The notes beneath the pieces are model-generated. The model searched no databases. It had not been told where the DNA came from and was given only the letters and a program-made list of their open reading frames with translations. Source: a virus. From it: DNA of 64,000 bases. Where the stretch lies: IMG/VR virus record IMGVR_UViG_3300018476_000013, positions 1 to 64,000 of that record; one strand, written 5' to 3'. Below are positions 8,980 through 18,631 of the stretch, one piece after another. The position numbers were made by a program, and so were the translations under genes. Numbering within the stretch: the first letter of the stretch is position 1; each line of letters opens with the position of its first letter.

Positions 8980-10841
8980 AACTCGATGTCTTCAACCTGT
9001 CCCCAATCCTTGCCGACACTCGTATCGACTTTCAACGGCACGGATAAGGAGACACAGTTCTGCATGATGTTTCGGATTTCCCGTGCTGCCTCGCGGCCCG
9101 CTTTACCACGTGGAATACTGAAGTCAAGTTCGTCATGCACTGTTAGGTGAGGAACACCAGTGACATCGAACACCCCCGACTCGGCAACTTCAACCATCGA
9201 TTTCTTCATGATGTCGGCTGCACTACCTTGGATGCGGGCATTCAGGGACTTGTGAAGGAATGCTCGTGATGCTCCTGGAAACTTGTGCGGCAAGATAAGA
9301 GGCGCAGCACCATTGGGCTGGTTCTTGATCCACATATTGAACCTTCGCTTACGCTGCAGCAATGTCCGGATCTCTCCATCAGCGCCGGCCATGTTGGATA
9401 ACAATTGAGACAACGGCCGGATGAATGGCGCCTGACCATGATACTTCTTCAGCAGCACCTCGGCTTTCGGAATGGTCAATCCCAACTGGGTTGCTAGCTT
9501 GGCCACCCCCTCACCATACGCCAATCCGAAATTGATTGTCTTGGCGAATTGCCGATCGATGCCGGTCATGGTCGCAATGACCTTGTGGAAGTCCGTGCTT
9601 GGATCATCGGTATATTGCCGGACCACTTTGTCTGCCCCTTTGAGGCCAGCACAGAAAGCATCATGGGCAATCAATCGATATTCGACTTGGCTGTAATCGG
9701 TCTTCAGCCATAGGTGATCCGCGTCTGGCAAAAATGCTGACCGGACTTTCTTCGACTCTTCAGTGCGGGTCGGAATGAACTGCATGTTCGGCAGTGATGA
9801 ACTGAAGCGGCCGGTAACCGTGCCACCCTGGTCGGACTTCAATTGATTGAATTGGGAATGAACCCGGCCTTCATGATGTCCCTCGAGGATGCAGCCGCGG
9901 AGGAAGGTGCCCCGCATCTTATCAAGCCATCTGATCCGGCGGACCTTTGCCGCGATCGGATGATCCACCTCGTCGAGTGATGTCGCCGTGAATGATGGCT
10001 TCTTGGTTTTCGGGGTCAACGGATAATCCAGCCCCAAGTGGTCAAAGACCTGGGCCACTGATGCTGCCGCCCATACGCTGACCTCGATGCCGGTCTGCCG
10101 CTTGATCTGTTTTATCAGGCTATTGTGTTCCTTCAGATAGTCCCGATCCAATTGTTCAGTGGCTTCCAGGTCAACCCGGACACCCCGCAGATGCATCCGC
10201 GCCAGGAGTTCTGTGAGCTTGCTCTCCATCAAGAACAAATCCCAAAGACCCTGCCGCTCCAATTCCTTTTTCTGTTTCGGAAATATCCGCAGGGGCAGGT
10301 CAACGTCGCCGCAAGCATAAGGACCAACGATGGTGGCTGGTGCCCGCGCGATATTGTTGCGGGGGTTCTTCTTGCCGAAGTGCTGGATCAGGTATGCATC
10401 AAGGTCATCGCCCTTTTTCTTTTCACCCAGATATTGCTCGCTGATCCGGTCCAGTGAAAACACGAACTGGTTCTCGTCGAGCAATGGTTCAGCGACCTGG
10501 ATGTCGTAGAATGGTCCGACGAATGGCACGCCTTCATGGATCAAGAAACCCAGGTCATAAACCAACCGTGCTCCGATCTTCGGCACCGGCAACTTTAATT
10601 GTTTGCCCAGCCAGCTAAAGACTTTCCGCTTGTCCAGGTTCGGCCCGATCCCATGGGCGACGGGAAGATATGCACGAAATCCTGCTTCAGTGCCGATGGC
10701 AACGCCGCAGATGTATCCGCCACGGTGGGGACCGGGGCCTCTCGTTTTCAAATCAGGATCGCTTGTTTCCAAATCGATGCCGATGGCCCCTTGACCCCGA
10801 AGGGAAGTGGGCAGCGTGTTCATGTCTAATACTAATGTCAT
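8976..10841 (-). CDS. polA: DNA polymerase family A with 3'-5' exonuclease
   Basis: Exo I DLET; motif A DYSQVEYR; motif B RQFAKTINFGLAYG; motif C VHDEL; start placed at ATG 10841 just after a -10 box. Confidence 0.95.
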   Translation of the reverse strand: MTLVLDMNTLPTSLRGQGAIGIDLETSDPDLKTRGPGPHRGGYICGVAIGTEAGFRAYLPVAHGIGPNLDKRKVFSWLGKQLKLPVPKIGARLVYDLGFLIHEGVPFVGPFYDIQVAEPLLDENQFVFSLDRISEQYLGEKKKGDDLDAYLIQHFGKKNPRNNIARAPATIVGPYACGDVDLPLRIFPKQKKELERQGLWDLFLMESKLTELLARMHLRGVRVDLEATEQLDRDYLKEHNSLIKQIKRQTGIEVSVWAAASVAQVFDHLGLDYPLTPKTKKPSFTATSLDEVDHPIAAKVRRIRWLDKMRGTFLRGCILEGHHEGRVHSQFNQLKSDQGGTVTGRFSSSLPNMQFIPTRTEESKKVRSAFLPDADHLWLKTDYSQVEYRLIAHDAFCAGLKGADKVVRQYTDDPSTDFHKVIATMTGIDRQFAKTINFGLAYGEGVAKLATQLGLTIPKAEVLLKKYHGQAPFIRPLSQLLSNMAGADGEIRTLLQRKRRFNMWIKNQPNGAAPLILPHKFPGASRAFLHKSLNARIQGSAADIMKKSMVEVAESGVFDVTGVPHLTVHDELDFSIPRGKAGREAAREIRNIMQNCVSLSVPLKVDTSVGKDWGQVEDIEL

Positions 10842-10847
10842 GGCGGG

Positions 10848-10875
10848 AGGGTACACTGATTTGGAGTGAAGACAA
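10848..10875 (-). promoter_or_regulatory. Putative promoter for the polymerase operon (leaderless mRNA)
   Basis: TTGTCT-16 nt-(TG)TACCCT ending 6 nt before the ATG; no SD sequence. Confidence 0.5.
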
Positions 10876-10953
10876 CAAAAAGGGTGTTTACTTTCCACAA
10901 TACTTTACCTAACAACTTTTAACTTGTTGATCTCAGAGGAGAAAGAAACGAAA

Positions 10954-11175
10954 ATGACGACGCTGAAATCTCAAGCTAGGAAAATTACCATCCTCACGAA
11001 AGAAAATCCCCGGCGTCCGAAATCGGCTGCCTTCAAATTTTTCACGGCCCTCGAACAGTCCAAGACCGTCGGGGAATATCTGAAGAAGTTTGAACGGGAT
11101 AAAAAGAAGCGCCGGGATGCTGGGCTCTGGATGAACACCAGCAAGCGCCAGGGCTTCATCAAGTTGGCAGGCTGA
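10954..11175 (+). CDS. Small basic protein (NPRR domain), putative DNA-binding
   Basis: GAGGAG RBS; paralogous to the C-terminus of 20907..21506. Confidence 0.7.
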   Translation: MTTLKSQARKITILTKENPRRPKSAAFKFFTALEQSKTVGEYLKKFERDKKKRRDAGLWMNTSKRQGFIKLAG

Positions 11176-11197
11176 TCTAACATTATCCCGACCACCG

Positions 11198-11230
11198 AAA
11201 AGAGGTCCCTTCACCGGGGCCTCTTTTTTT
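11198..11230 (+). terminator. Rho-independent terminator
   Basis: AAAGAGGTCCC..GGGGCCTCTTTTTTT. Confidence 0.7.
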
Positions 11231-11235
11231 GTTTG

Positions 11236-11268
11236 TTGACTAAGTGAAGGGAAATATTTACTGGTAAG
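11236..11268 (+). promoter_or_regulatory. Early promoter, repeat family
   Basis: TTGACT-17-TACTGG; TTTAC-TG-GTAAG palindrome. Confidence 0.65.
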
Positions 11269-11293
11269 GACATCACCAACCAGGAGAACCCCC

Positions 11294-11497
11294 GTGATCA
11301 TCCAATCTAAATATGACTTGTTCACCGATCTGACCTTTGTGGATCATGACACCGACCAATCCCTGACTGGCGTGATTTCTGAAATCATTGCCTCTGACTG
11401 CCTGCCCCCATCCTGGGGCCTCTATTACACTGTGGATCTCCCCAATGGGGACCAATACTCAGTTGAAGAAATCACCATGCGTGGCTCCAAAAAATAA
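11294..11497 (+). CDS. Hypothetical early protein
   Basis: AGGAG RBS, downstream of a promoter. Confidence 0.6.
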   Translation: MIIQSKYDLFTDLTFVDHDTDQSLTGVISEIIASDCLPPSWGLYYTVDLPNGDQYSVEEITMRGSKK

Positions 11498-11507
11498 TCC
11501 AAAAAAT

Positions 11508-11565
11508 CCCTTCATCCCATGGGGTGAAGGGGTTTACTTTCCTAGTGGAAGGCCTTACCTGTAAG
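11508..11565 (+). promoter_or_regulatory. Early promoter, repeat family
   Basis: CCCTTCA-10-TGAAGGG, TTTACT-17-TACCTG, CTTAC-CT-GTAAG. Confidence 0.7.
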
Positions 11566-11588
11566 TGATCAACCAACGGAGAACGATC

Positions 11589-11741
11589 ATGAGAACCAGG
11601 AACCTTCAGCTAAACCTGCCCCAACAGCAGCCCACCGAGAGATGCTGTTATCAGTGCCAGCAGCCCACCCAGTATTTCCTGTGCAATGAGTGCAGTGAAA
11701 GGGAGAGGGAACTTTCCAGGCAACCCCTTCCCTTCAGATAA
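11589..11741 (+). CDS. Small Zn-finger-like protein (50 aa)
   Basis: CCYQC...CNEC; GGAG RBS; read from the sequence. Confidence 0.5.
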   Translation: MRTRNLQLNLPQQQPTERCCYQCQQPTQYFLCNECSERERELSRQPLPFR

Positions 11742-11752
11742 GGAATGATCAG

Positions 11753-11941
11753 ATGACCACCACCCAAAAAATCGAAAGATTGACGGCCCATATTGAAGTC
11801 ATCCGTTTTGGTCTTCCTTATGCCATCAGCCACGCCCAGTCAGTTCTGTTCCTTAACCAGATTTCCCGTTTGGAACGCCAGCGGAAGAAGTTGATCATGG
11901 AGCAGGTTGAAGGAACCACCATTGATCAATTGTGGAAATGA
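11753..11941 (+). CDS. Hypothetical protein
   Basis: ORF with AGGA RBS. Confidence 0.55.
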   Translation: MTTTQKIERLTAHIEVIRFGLPYAISHAQSVLFLNQISRLERQRKKLIMEQVEGTTIDQLWK

Positions 11942-11952
11942 TCAATTATTTT

Positions 11953-12009
11953 GAAGTGAAGGGGTTTACTTCCCTAGTGGATGGGCTTACAGGTAAGTCC
12001 ATCGAAACA
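11953..12009 (+). promoter_or_regulatory. Early promoter, repeat family
   Basis: GAAGTGAAGGGG TTTACT-17-TACAGG; CTTAC-AG-GTAAG. Confidence 0.7.
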
Positions 12010-12029
12010 CCCCAGACGGAGATTTGATT

Positions 12030-13055
12030 ATGGCTTCGGTACTTAGACAACTCCAGGCAGAGTGGAACGCGTTGGTTCCTGCAGCCCAGGCCCGTGGCAT
12101 CCGCCGCGTTAAGCTCCTGGGTCAGGGGGACATCCTGCGGGCACCCCTGGAGACCATTGCATATCGTCGCGCCAAGCTTGAATGGCTGCGGTCGTTGCTC
12201 GGTGGTTCCAGCCTGGCTGGCCTTGATGGTTTGCAGTTCGGTGTGGAGATCGAGGTGATCCTGCCCCGTGGCATGTCCCGCCGGGAAGCAGCAGCCAAGA
12301 TCACGGCGGCAGGTGTTGAATGCCACGAGGAATTGTATGGTCACACCACCCCCGCTGGTAAGTGGAAAGTGGTTACGGATGGTTCCTTGGGCTATGAACA
12401 AGGTGCAGAATTCGTGTCCCCTCCCCTTCGGGGTGAGGATGGGTTCAGGCAGATGCGGATTGTCTGTGATGCCCTGACGGCCATGAATGCCAGGATCACG
12501 GCCAAGTGTGGTTTCCATGTTCATGTGGATGTCGGCACTGAGCCGGTGGATTTTTTCAAGAACCTGGTTCGTTTGTATGCTTCGGCAGAAACCACGATCG
12601 ACAAGTTCATGCCGGCATCCCGCCGGGGTTCGGTCAACCCGTTCTGCCAGCCCACCCGGATCAACGATGCAGCCCTGACTGCAGCCACCAACATTCAGCA
12701 GGTGGCCACGGCCATTGGCCAGGACAACACCCGGGCACATGCCCGTAGTTCTCGTCGGTATCGCAAACTGAACCTGCAGTGCTTCTTCGTTTATGGCACG
12801 GTGGAATTCCGCCAGCATGGTGGAACATGTGACGCCCAGAAGGCAGCCAACTGGGTCCGCTTGTGCCTGCGCATGGTGCTGACGGCACGGGCCGGAGAAA
12901 AGACTGTGACCACGGTCGATGAATTGCTGGAGACGGTGGGTGCCGATGAAGCTGAGAAGGCATACTTCAGCAGCCGGGTGAACTACTTCAACCGGGCGGA
13001 AAATTTCGATCGGTTGTCGGATGCCAACTTCATTAATCGTCGGAGGCCAGTGTAA
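12030..13055 (+). CDS. Putative amidoligase (Amidoligase_2, COOH-NH2 ligase)
   Basis: FGVEIE, WKVVTDGSL, EFVSPPL, CGFHVHV, RYRKLN, TVEFRQH. Confidence 0.85.
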   Translation: MASVLRQLQAEWNALVPAAQARGIRRVKLLGQGDILRAPLETIAYRRAKLEWLRSLLGGSSLAGLDGLQFGVEIEVILPRGMSRREAAAKITAAGVECHEELYGHTTPAGKWKVVTDGSLGYEQGAEFVSPPLRGEDGFRQMRIVCDALTAMNARITAKCGFHVHVDVGTEPVDFFKNLVRLYASAETTIDKFMPASRRGSVNPFCQPTRINDAALTAATNIQQVATAIGQDNTRAHARSSRRYRKLNLQCFFVYGTVEFRQHGGTCDAQKAANWVRLCLRMVLTARAGEKTVTTVDELLETVGADEAEKAYFSSRVNYFNRAENFDRLSDANFINRRRPV

Positions 13056-13657
13056 TGGCTAAGATCAAAGTACCACGCCAACGCATTCAGAAGGGTCGGA
13101 CGAAAGTCCGGCCCTACAAGGCCCTGATGTGGTCGTATGGCTCGAACTGCAACATTGAACAGATGAAGCGCCGTTGTCCCAACGCGACACCAGTCGACAA
13201 ATTGCTGATCACGGGCACTTCCCTGGTTTTCCGGGGTGTGGCAGATGTGGTCATCAAGCCAGGTGTTGCAGCACCTGGGGCGTTGTGGAGGATCACTCGT
13301 GAGTGCGAGCAGTCCCTCGATTACTATGAGGGGATCGGCACCGGGCTTTATATGAAAAGGTTCTTCACGATCAACATCGATGGTCGGCCGGAAGAAGTTC
13401 TGTTCTACCAGATGAAAATGTCGGATGGTGTGATGCCGCCAACTGAAGCGTATGTTGAAACCATCGCGCGGGGTTACCACGATTTCGATATCGACCTGGA
13501 CTACCTGAACCGCGCACTAATGGAGTCGTGGAATGACAAGGAGGTTACACCCGTACTGAAGGAGCGCCATGTCAAAAGAGGCAAGCCGAAACTGGCAAGG
13601 GAAGTGAATGAATTTTTCTTGACAGAAGATGACTTACGTGAAGCGGGGGCTGTATGA
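13055..13657 (+). CDS. Gamma-glutamylcyclotransferase (GGCT) family protein
   Basis: YGSNCNIEQMKRRCP, LDYYEG; coupled to the amidoligase. Confidence 0.85.
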   Translation: MAKIKVPRQRIQKGRTKVRPYKALMWSYGSNCNIEQMKRRCPNATPVDKLLITGTSLVFRGVADVVIKPGVAAPGALWRITRECEQSLDYYEGIGTGLYMKRFFTINIDGRPEEVLFYQMKMSDGVMPPTEAYVETIARGYHDFDIDLDYLNRALMESWNDKEVTPVLKERHVKRGKPKLAREVNEFFLTEDDLREAGAV

Positions 13658-13914
13658 TGTCCCAACCAAAATGGAGAAGCGAGATGATTAAAGTTCGGTA
13701 CGACGATCAAGAGATCCAGGCCAAAGATGCCATTGGTGTGGTCGCAGCAATGCAACGGCAGTCGATGTTTGATCAGGGTCGGTCACTTGCTGACTTCATG
13801 TTGAAGATGGCTGTGCAATCGAAGACGGCATCCGGCAAAGACATCCGGGCGACCAACCCCAAGGAATTCATTGATGACCTGATCAAGGCAGGATTGCTGG
13901 AGAAGATTGGATGA
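13654..13914 (+). CDS. Hypothetical protein
   Basis: Coupled ORF. Confidence 0.6.
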   Translation: MMSQPKWRSEMIKVRYDDQEIQAKDAIGVVAAMQRQSMFDQGRSLADFMLKMAVQSKTASGKDIRATNPKEFIDDLIKAGLLEKIG

Positions 13915-14144
13915 AGAAAGATCCGGCCCTCCGGGAAGAATTGATTGAGGCCCTATCTTATATGGTCACCCGAGATCTGCCCCCGAAAATAACGGAGGCA
14001 GATCGGCGGGCCGGGTTGGCGAATATCTATTTGATAGCCGCCACAACTGGAAACTCAGAAGAATGGCCAGGCATCTGGAAAGAGGTGATGGAGAAAACCG
14101 GTTGCCTCAGTTGGGCTGAGACCATGAAAAAAGGATTGAACTGA
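13911..14144 (+). CDS. Hypothetical protein
   Basis: ATGA-coupled ORF. Confidence 0.55.
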   Translation: MKKDPALREELIEALSYMVTRDLPPKITEADRRAGLANIYLIAATTGNSEEWPGIWKEVMEKTGCLSWAETMKKGLN

Positions 14145-14314
14145 TGAGACTCGGTAATGAGATGGCCAAGCATTGGTTCAGCCTGCCACTTGCCTTGCGT
14201 AAACGCTGGTGGGAAGAAACCGAATACGGCAAGAAAGAACCGAGTGACGAATTGAAACAAGCGGTGCAAGCGGTCATCGATGCCCGTGATCCCCCAATGA
14301 TAGGAGAGGACTAA
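14144..14314 (+). CDS. Hypothetical protein (56 aa)
   Basis: TGATG/TAATG coupling on both sides; read from the sequence. Confidence 0.55.
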   Translation: MRLGNEMAKHWFSLPLALRKRWWEETEYGKKEPSDELKQAVQAVIDARDPPMIGED

Positions 14315-14736
14315 TGAGCGATGACTGCTTGCCAGACTGCATGATGCCTGATGGTGGTCAATGCTGCGCTGGCTACACAAAGCAACGCCAGCGCAACGAG
14401 GCGCTGGAGGCGGACGGTCGCGAAGCCACCCGTCTACTGGACCTTTGGTCTGAAATCCCCGGCGCTGAAGACTTTGCACCATATCAAGACACAATGGCGT
14501 TTCTTGGCAAGCCAAACAGTGTTGGCTGGGTTTGGGCGCGTGAGGTTCGAAAGGAGCGAGACTTTGATAAGGAACAAGCTCGTCAGCGTGATCTAGCAAT
14601 GCAGTGCGTTTGCGAAGCCGAAGAACGTGAGCAAGCAGCACATGCCAGCATCGAGGCGCTGAAGGCGGTGCTGCGGGAGATCGTCATATACAACGACAAT
14701 ATCGCCAAGACCATCCGCGCCGCGCTTGTCCCTTGA
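14314..14736 (+). CDS. Hypothetical protein
   Basis: GAGGA RBS; N-terminal CLPDCMMPDGGQCC. Confidence 0.6.
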   Translation: MSDDCLPDCMMPDGGQCCAGYTKQRQRNEALEADGREATRLLDLWSEIPGAEDFAPYQDTMAFLGKPNSVGWVWAREVRKERDFDKEQARQRDLAMQCVCEAEEREQAAHASIEALKAVLREIVIYNDNIAKTIRAALVP

Positions 14737-14784
14737 ATTCGTCGGCGGGATCGCCAAACGCGCACTACCAAAGGAGAATTGAAC

Positions 14785-15018
14785 ATGAGGATAAAATTGT
14801 TTGTGGTGCTGGCATTGATCCTAGCATCTGATGCAGCAATGGCGCAACAGAAAACCTTCCGCAATTCGATGGGTCAGACAACTGGCCGGTCGGTGACCAA
14901 CGGAAACCAGACTACATTCTATGATCACATGGGACGCAACACCGGCAGGGCAGTGACCAACAATGCCGGCACGGTGGTCTATGACAATATGGGCCGGCAA
15001 ACAGGGAGCATCAAATGA
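14785..15018 (+). CDS. Small secreted protein with three MGxxTG repeats
   Basis: Signal peptide (…AAMA|QQ); repeats NSMGQTTGR / DHMGRNTGR / DNMGRQTGS. Confidence 0.65.
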   Translation: MRIKLFVVLALILASDAAMAQQKTFRNSMGQTTGRSVTNGNQTTFYDHMGRNTGRAVTNNAGTVVYDNMGRQTGSIK

Positions 15019-15311
15019 GCATCGTTATTGATTTCAAGAAAGCTGTAGAGGCAGGTGACGCCAAACTAGCCGAGTATGTTAGTGACTCGTTTGATCTGTA
15101 TCGTGAGAGCCAAGAGGAATACATCACTGCCGCAACGACGAAGCGGGGCCTGACTCAGGTCCAGGCAGAAAGATCTTTTGGTTGGATAATCCGAACCGCT
15201 GCCCAGAATGAAAACCAACGATGGTTGGTCGATGTGATGCTGGCAAAGCCGGACATCACGAAGAAAGAACTGTTTGAAGCCATGAAGGAATATTTAAAAA
15301 GGGGTATTTAA
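15015..15311 (+). CDS. Hypothetical protein
   Basis: Coupled ORF. Confidence 0.6.
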   Translation: MSIVIDFKKAVEAGDAKLAEYVSDSFDLYRESQEEYITAATTKRGLTQVQAERSFGWIIRTAAQNENQRWLVDVMLAKPDITKKELFEAMKEYLKRGI

Positions 15312-15445
15312 AAATGAAGCTGCCCCGGGTTAATCATTGGATTGGTCTTCAGTTCGGGAAGTGGTATGTCTTCTGGGCGTGGGGCCGGCTGAACATTTCA
15401 AAGCAGTATCCCCATACTGAAAATTAGAAACCCAGGAGAATCCTC

Positions 15446-16201
15446 GTGAAGAAAATCTTAATGGCCACCGCTTTACTTGCTTTGGCGGCAGCACCTGCAT
15501 CTGCTGCTGTCATCGATACATTCGCCGTCACTGACTCGACTAGCACCCTGACGCTGTCGGCCGTGGTCCCCGGCGGCAATCAACCCCTGAACAACCCTTG
15601 CTTGATCTGCGGCACGCAGCAGCCGCAACAGCCGACAGGGTTCGGCTATAATAACTTCCAAGCCCAAGGCAACATCAGCGATTATCTGATGTTCTCGACG
15701 GCGACGGTTGGCGGCTCGCTTGCCCAGGATACCTTGGGCACCGGTTACCAGGTTGGTGATGGTTCGATCCTGCGCGCGTATCTGTTGGCGCAAGCATCGG
15801 GCACCACTTTCTCGGTTGGCATTGATGTCAATCAGACCAATGTCGCACAGACACTGGAGTCGTTTTACTTCCTGAACCTGACGGACCGCACGGTGCTGGC
15901 ATCCTATTCGCCGGGACCTGGCGGCACGCCATTGCCGGCGCCGAACAACGGCACTGGCTATCCGGACTACACGCTGAGTGGTTTCAACATTGACCGTGGT
16001 GATATTTCTGCGGGTGATGAAATCATTTTCTTCGCCCGTTGGTCAGGCGCCAATGACGGACCGGAAAGCTTTTTCCTCGTCGCCAATCCGGTTGCCGCGG
16101 TGCCTGAACTGTCTACATGGTTCATGATGATCCTCGGATTTGCTGGTTGTGGATTGATGGCCTACCGCAAGCGGGACGGCCTCAACTTCCGGGCGGTGTA
16201 A
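15446..16201 (+). CDS. PEP-CTERM (PEPxxWA-type) exosortase-target surface protein
   Basis: Signal peptide; C-terminal VPELSTWFMMILGFAGCGLMAYRKR. Confidence 0.85.
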   Translation: MKKILMATALLALAAAPASAAVIDTFAVTDSTSTLTLSAVVPGGNQPLNNPCLICGTQQPQQPTGFGYNNFQAQGNISDYLMFSTATVGGSLAQDTLGTGYQVGDGSILRAYLLAQASGTTFSVGIDVNQTNVAQTLESFYFLNLTDRTVLASYSPGPGGTPLPAPNNGTGYPDYTLSGFNIDRGDISAGDEIIFFARWSGANDGPESFFLVANPVAAVPELSTWFMMILGFAGCGLMAYRKRDGLNFRAV

Positions 16202-16249
16202 AAAGTTAAGGCAAGGTATTTCTTGTCAGGGAGCATCTTGCTTTAAGGG

Positions 16250-16288
16250 AAGAGGGGGACATGCCGCACGCATGTTCCCCTCTTTTTT
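16250..16288 (+). terminator. Rho-independent terminator
   Basis: AAGAGGGGGACATG..CATGTTCCCCTCTTTTTT. Confidence 0.75.
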
Positions 16289-16302
16289 ACCTTCAAAAAA
16301 GT

Positions 16303-16347
16303 GAAGTGAAGGGGTTTACAAACGCGTCCTAGGGGCTTACCTGTAAG
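16303..16347 (+). promoter_or_regulatory. Early promoter, repeat family
   Basis: GAAGTGAAGGGG TTTACA-17-TACCTG; CTTAC-CT-GTAAG. Confidence 0.7.
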
Positions 16348-16375
16348 CAATCAATTCAACCCCACGGAGCACGAC

Positions 16376-17860
16376 ATGACCCCGACCCCGACCCCCCAGC
16401 AGGCTGCCTTCATCGAGGCCCTGGTCACCACCACCAGCAACATTGCCCTAGTGGCTCGGGCTGGCACGGGCAAGACCACGACCATCCTCCAGGGGGTGGC
16501 GGCCTACCATGCAGCCCACCCCAACCATGAGATCGTGGTCTGCGCCTTCAACAAGGCCATTGCAGATGAAGTCAAGGAAAAGCTGGTGAAGGCGGGTTAT
16601 CCCTGGCAGAAGGTCCAGGGTTCCACCATCCACTCCCTGGGCTTTGGCTTGGTCAAGTTTGTATTCAAGTCCAAGGTTGACGCCAACAAGGTGCGGGACA
16701 TGATCCGCGCCCGCAACGAGCCCATTTACCAGCAGTATGGTGCCCAGATCAGTGACCTGGTTCGGTATGCCAAGGGCGCTGGCTTCGGGTTCTTTGATGC
16801 CATCGGGGACAATGCAGCTTGGTATGCCCTGGCTGACCATTACGACGTCAACGGGCTGGATGACACCAGCGAGATGGATGCCATTGTGGCTGCTGCCCAG
16901 GACATCTACAGGGCTTCCCTGGCCCATACAGACGTGGTTGATTTCGATGACATGATCCTCTTCCCCCTGGTCAAGAACCTGCGGGTGAAGTTCACCAAGG
17001 ACCTGATCATTCTGGATGAAGCCCAGGACCTTTCCAAGGCCCGCCAGGCCCTCGCCCGCAAGTTCCTGAAGCCGGGGACGGGCCGGATGATTGTGGTGGG
17101 TGATGATCGGCAAGCCATCTATGGGTTCTCGGGCGCTGATGCCCAGGCCCTGGAGAACCTCACCAATGAATTGAATGCAGTGACCCTGCCCCTGACTGTC
17201 ACCTGGCGTTGCCCCAAGGCCGTGATCCGTGAAGCCCAGAAGATTGTTGCAGACATTGAATGTGCCACGGACAACGAAGGTGAAGTCACCCGGGTCGAGG
17301 AACTGCCCGCTGACCTGCTGGCCACGGATGCCATCCTCTGCCGGAACACTGCCCCCTTGGTCACCATTGCTTATTCCCTGATCCGCAAGGGTGTGGCTTG
17401 CAAGGTCGAGGGTCGGGCCATCGGTGATGGCTTGCTCCGGTTGGTCGATCGGTGGAAAGTTTCCTCGGTGGATCAGTTCATCCGCAAGCTGGAAGATTAT
17501 CGCCAGCGTGAGATCCAGAAGGCCATGGCCAAGAATAACGAAGCCAAGGTCGAGGAGATCAATGACCGGGTGGAAACCTTGTTGCAGGTTTGCCTGGCCG
17601 TGACTGCCAAGGGCCAGCACTCGCTGACCGCCGTGCGGGACTTTATTAACAATTTATTCTCGGATGATGTCCGAGGGGTCCTGACCCTGGCCACCTATCA
17701 TCGCAGCAAGGGCCGGGAATGGAACAGGGTGTTCCTCTGGGAGCACGCCACCCGTTGCCCATCCCGTGCTGCCAAGCAAGAATGGCAGAAACTCCAGGAA
17801 CAGAACCTGGCATATGTTGCCATTACCAGGTCGAAGAACATCCTGACCTTCGTGAATTAA
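16376..17860 (+). CDS. UvrD/Rep-like SF1 helicase
   Basis: ARAGTGKTT, DEAQD, VGDDRQAIYGF, TWRCP, TYHRSKGREW, YVAITRSK. Confidence 0.9.
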   Translation: MTPTPTPQQAAFIEALVTTTSNIALVARAGTGKTTTILQGVAAYHAAHPNHEIVVCAFNKAIADEVKEKLVKAGYPWQKVQGSTIHSLGFGLVKFVFKSKVDANKVRDMIRARNEPIYQQYGAQISDLVRYAKGAGFGFFDAIGDNAAWYALADHYDVNGLDDTSEMDAIVAAAQDIYRASLAHTDVVDFDDMILFPLVKNLRVKFTKDLIILDEAQDLSKARQALARKFLKPGTGRMIVVGDDRQAIYGFSGADAQALENLTNELNAVTLPLTVTWRCPKAVIREAQKIVADIECATDNEGEVTRVEELPADLLATDAILCRNTAPLVTIAYSLIRKGVACKVEGRAIGDGLLRLVDRWKVSSVDQFIRKLEDYRQREIQKAMAKNNEAKVEEINDRVETLLQVCLAVTAKGQHSLTAVRDFINNLFSDDVRGVLTLATYHRSKGREWNRVFLWEHATRCPSRAAKQEWQKLQEQNLAYVAITRSKNILTFVN

Positions 17861-17873
17861 TGAAAGGGAAAAC

Positions 17874-17918
17874 TGAAGGGGAATATTTACTTCCCCTTCA
17901 GATTGCCTTACTGGTAGC
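17874..17918 (+). promoter_or_regulatory. Early promoter, repeat family
   Basis: TGAAGGGGAA..TTCCCCTTCA inverted repeat around TTTACT; 17 nt; TACTGG. Confidence 0.65.
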
Positions 17919-17941
17919 GTGTCAACAAAAGGAGCTTAGAC

Positions 17942-18118
17942 ATGATGACTAAAAGCCAGATCCGCCACGTCCTTTATGGGACACCCGTCGACATGACTGA
18001 TGAGGAGTATGAAGCTGCTTGTCGGAAATTTGAAGCTGAAAAGCGGATGGCCCGTGCCCTCAGGGACTTCGAACTCCTGGGCGATCGCCCTGGTGCAACC
18101 AAGATCCGGATCAATTGA
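17942..18118 (+). CDS. Hypothetical protein (58 aa)
   Basis: AAGGAG RBS after a promoter; read from the sequence. Confidence 0.55.
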   Translation: MMTKSQIRHVLYGTPVDMTDEEYEAACRKFEAEKRMARALRDFELLGDRPGATKIRIN

Positions 18119-18119
18119 G

Positions 18120-18287
18120 ATGGCGTACGATTACAGCAAGAAATATCCTTACCCGATTGGGACCAAGGTTTCGTCGCGTGGGGTCACTGGTGTTGTGACT
18201 GCCACCCCCGGCCCTTATTCGGTGGTCGTCGATGACAAGATCACCATCCCCGTTTCTTTGATCACTCCAACCCCGGAAGGAAAATGA
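18120..18287 (+). CDS. Hypothetical protein
   Basis: MAYDYSKKYPYPIG..., start refined. Confidence 0.5.
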   Translation: MAYDYSKKYPYPIGTKVSSRGVTGVVTATPGPYSVVVDDKITIPVSLITPTPEGK

Positions 18288-18290
18288 ACC

Positions 18291-18608
18291 ATGAAGATTT
18301 CTAAAGACAGATCGCCGGCTCTCATGGCCGCCACTGATTACATGAGGGCCTCAGATGTGATGCTCCAGCACTTCGAGGAAGCCCAGCATGATCCTGATGG
18401 CCTACATCGGCGGGCCATGATGGTCGCCCTGGAAAGGGCTAGGCAGATGGACCGGCCGACCACCCAGGAAGCAGTCGAGAAAGAACTGGAGAACTTCCAT
18501 ACCATGACCCCCAAAGAGGCAGCTCGGTTCTCCGACAAAGTCAGCAAACTCATTGGACCCCTGTGGAGCCAAGAAATAGAAAAGAGGAAAAGGGGGAGGA
18601 TGCACTAA
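18291..18608 (+). CDS. Hypothetical protein
   Basis: ORF with GAAGG RBS. Confidence 0.6.
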   Translation: MKISKDRSPALMAATDYMRASDVMLQHFEEAQHDPDGLHRRAMMVALERARQMDRPTTQEAVEKELENFHTMTPKEAARFSDKVSKLIGPLWSQEIEKRKRGRMH

Positions 18609-18631
18609 CCCCATAAAATAATGAAGGGAAA

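Noticed and set aside
11294-11941. Apparent CpG depletion in the early cassettes
   Set aside because: Impression by eye only; cannot be supported without k-mer counting
16448-17620. Long antisense ORFs (also 11946-12818, 26789-27685, 61597-62583)
   Set aside because: Shadows of GC-rich codon usage on the opposite strand of well-supported genes
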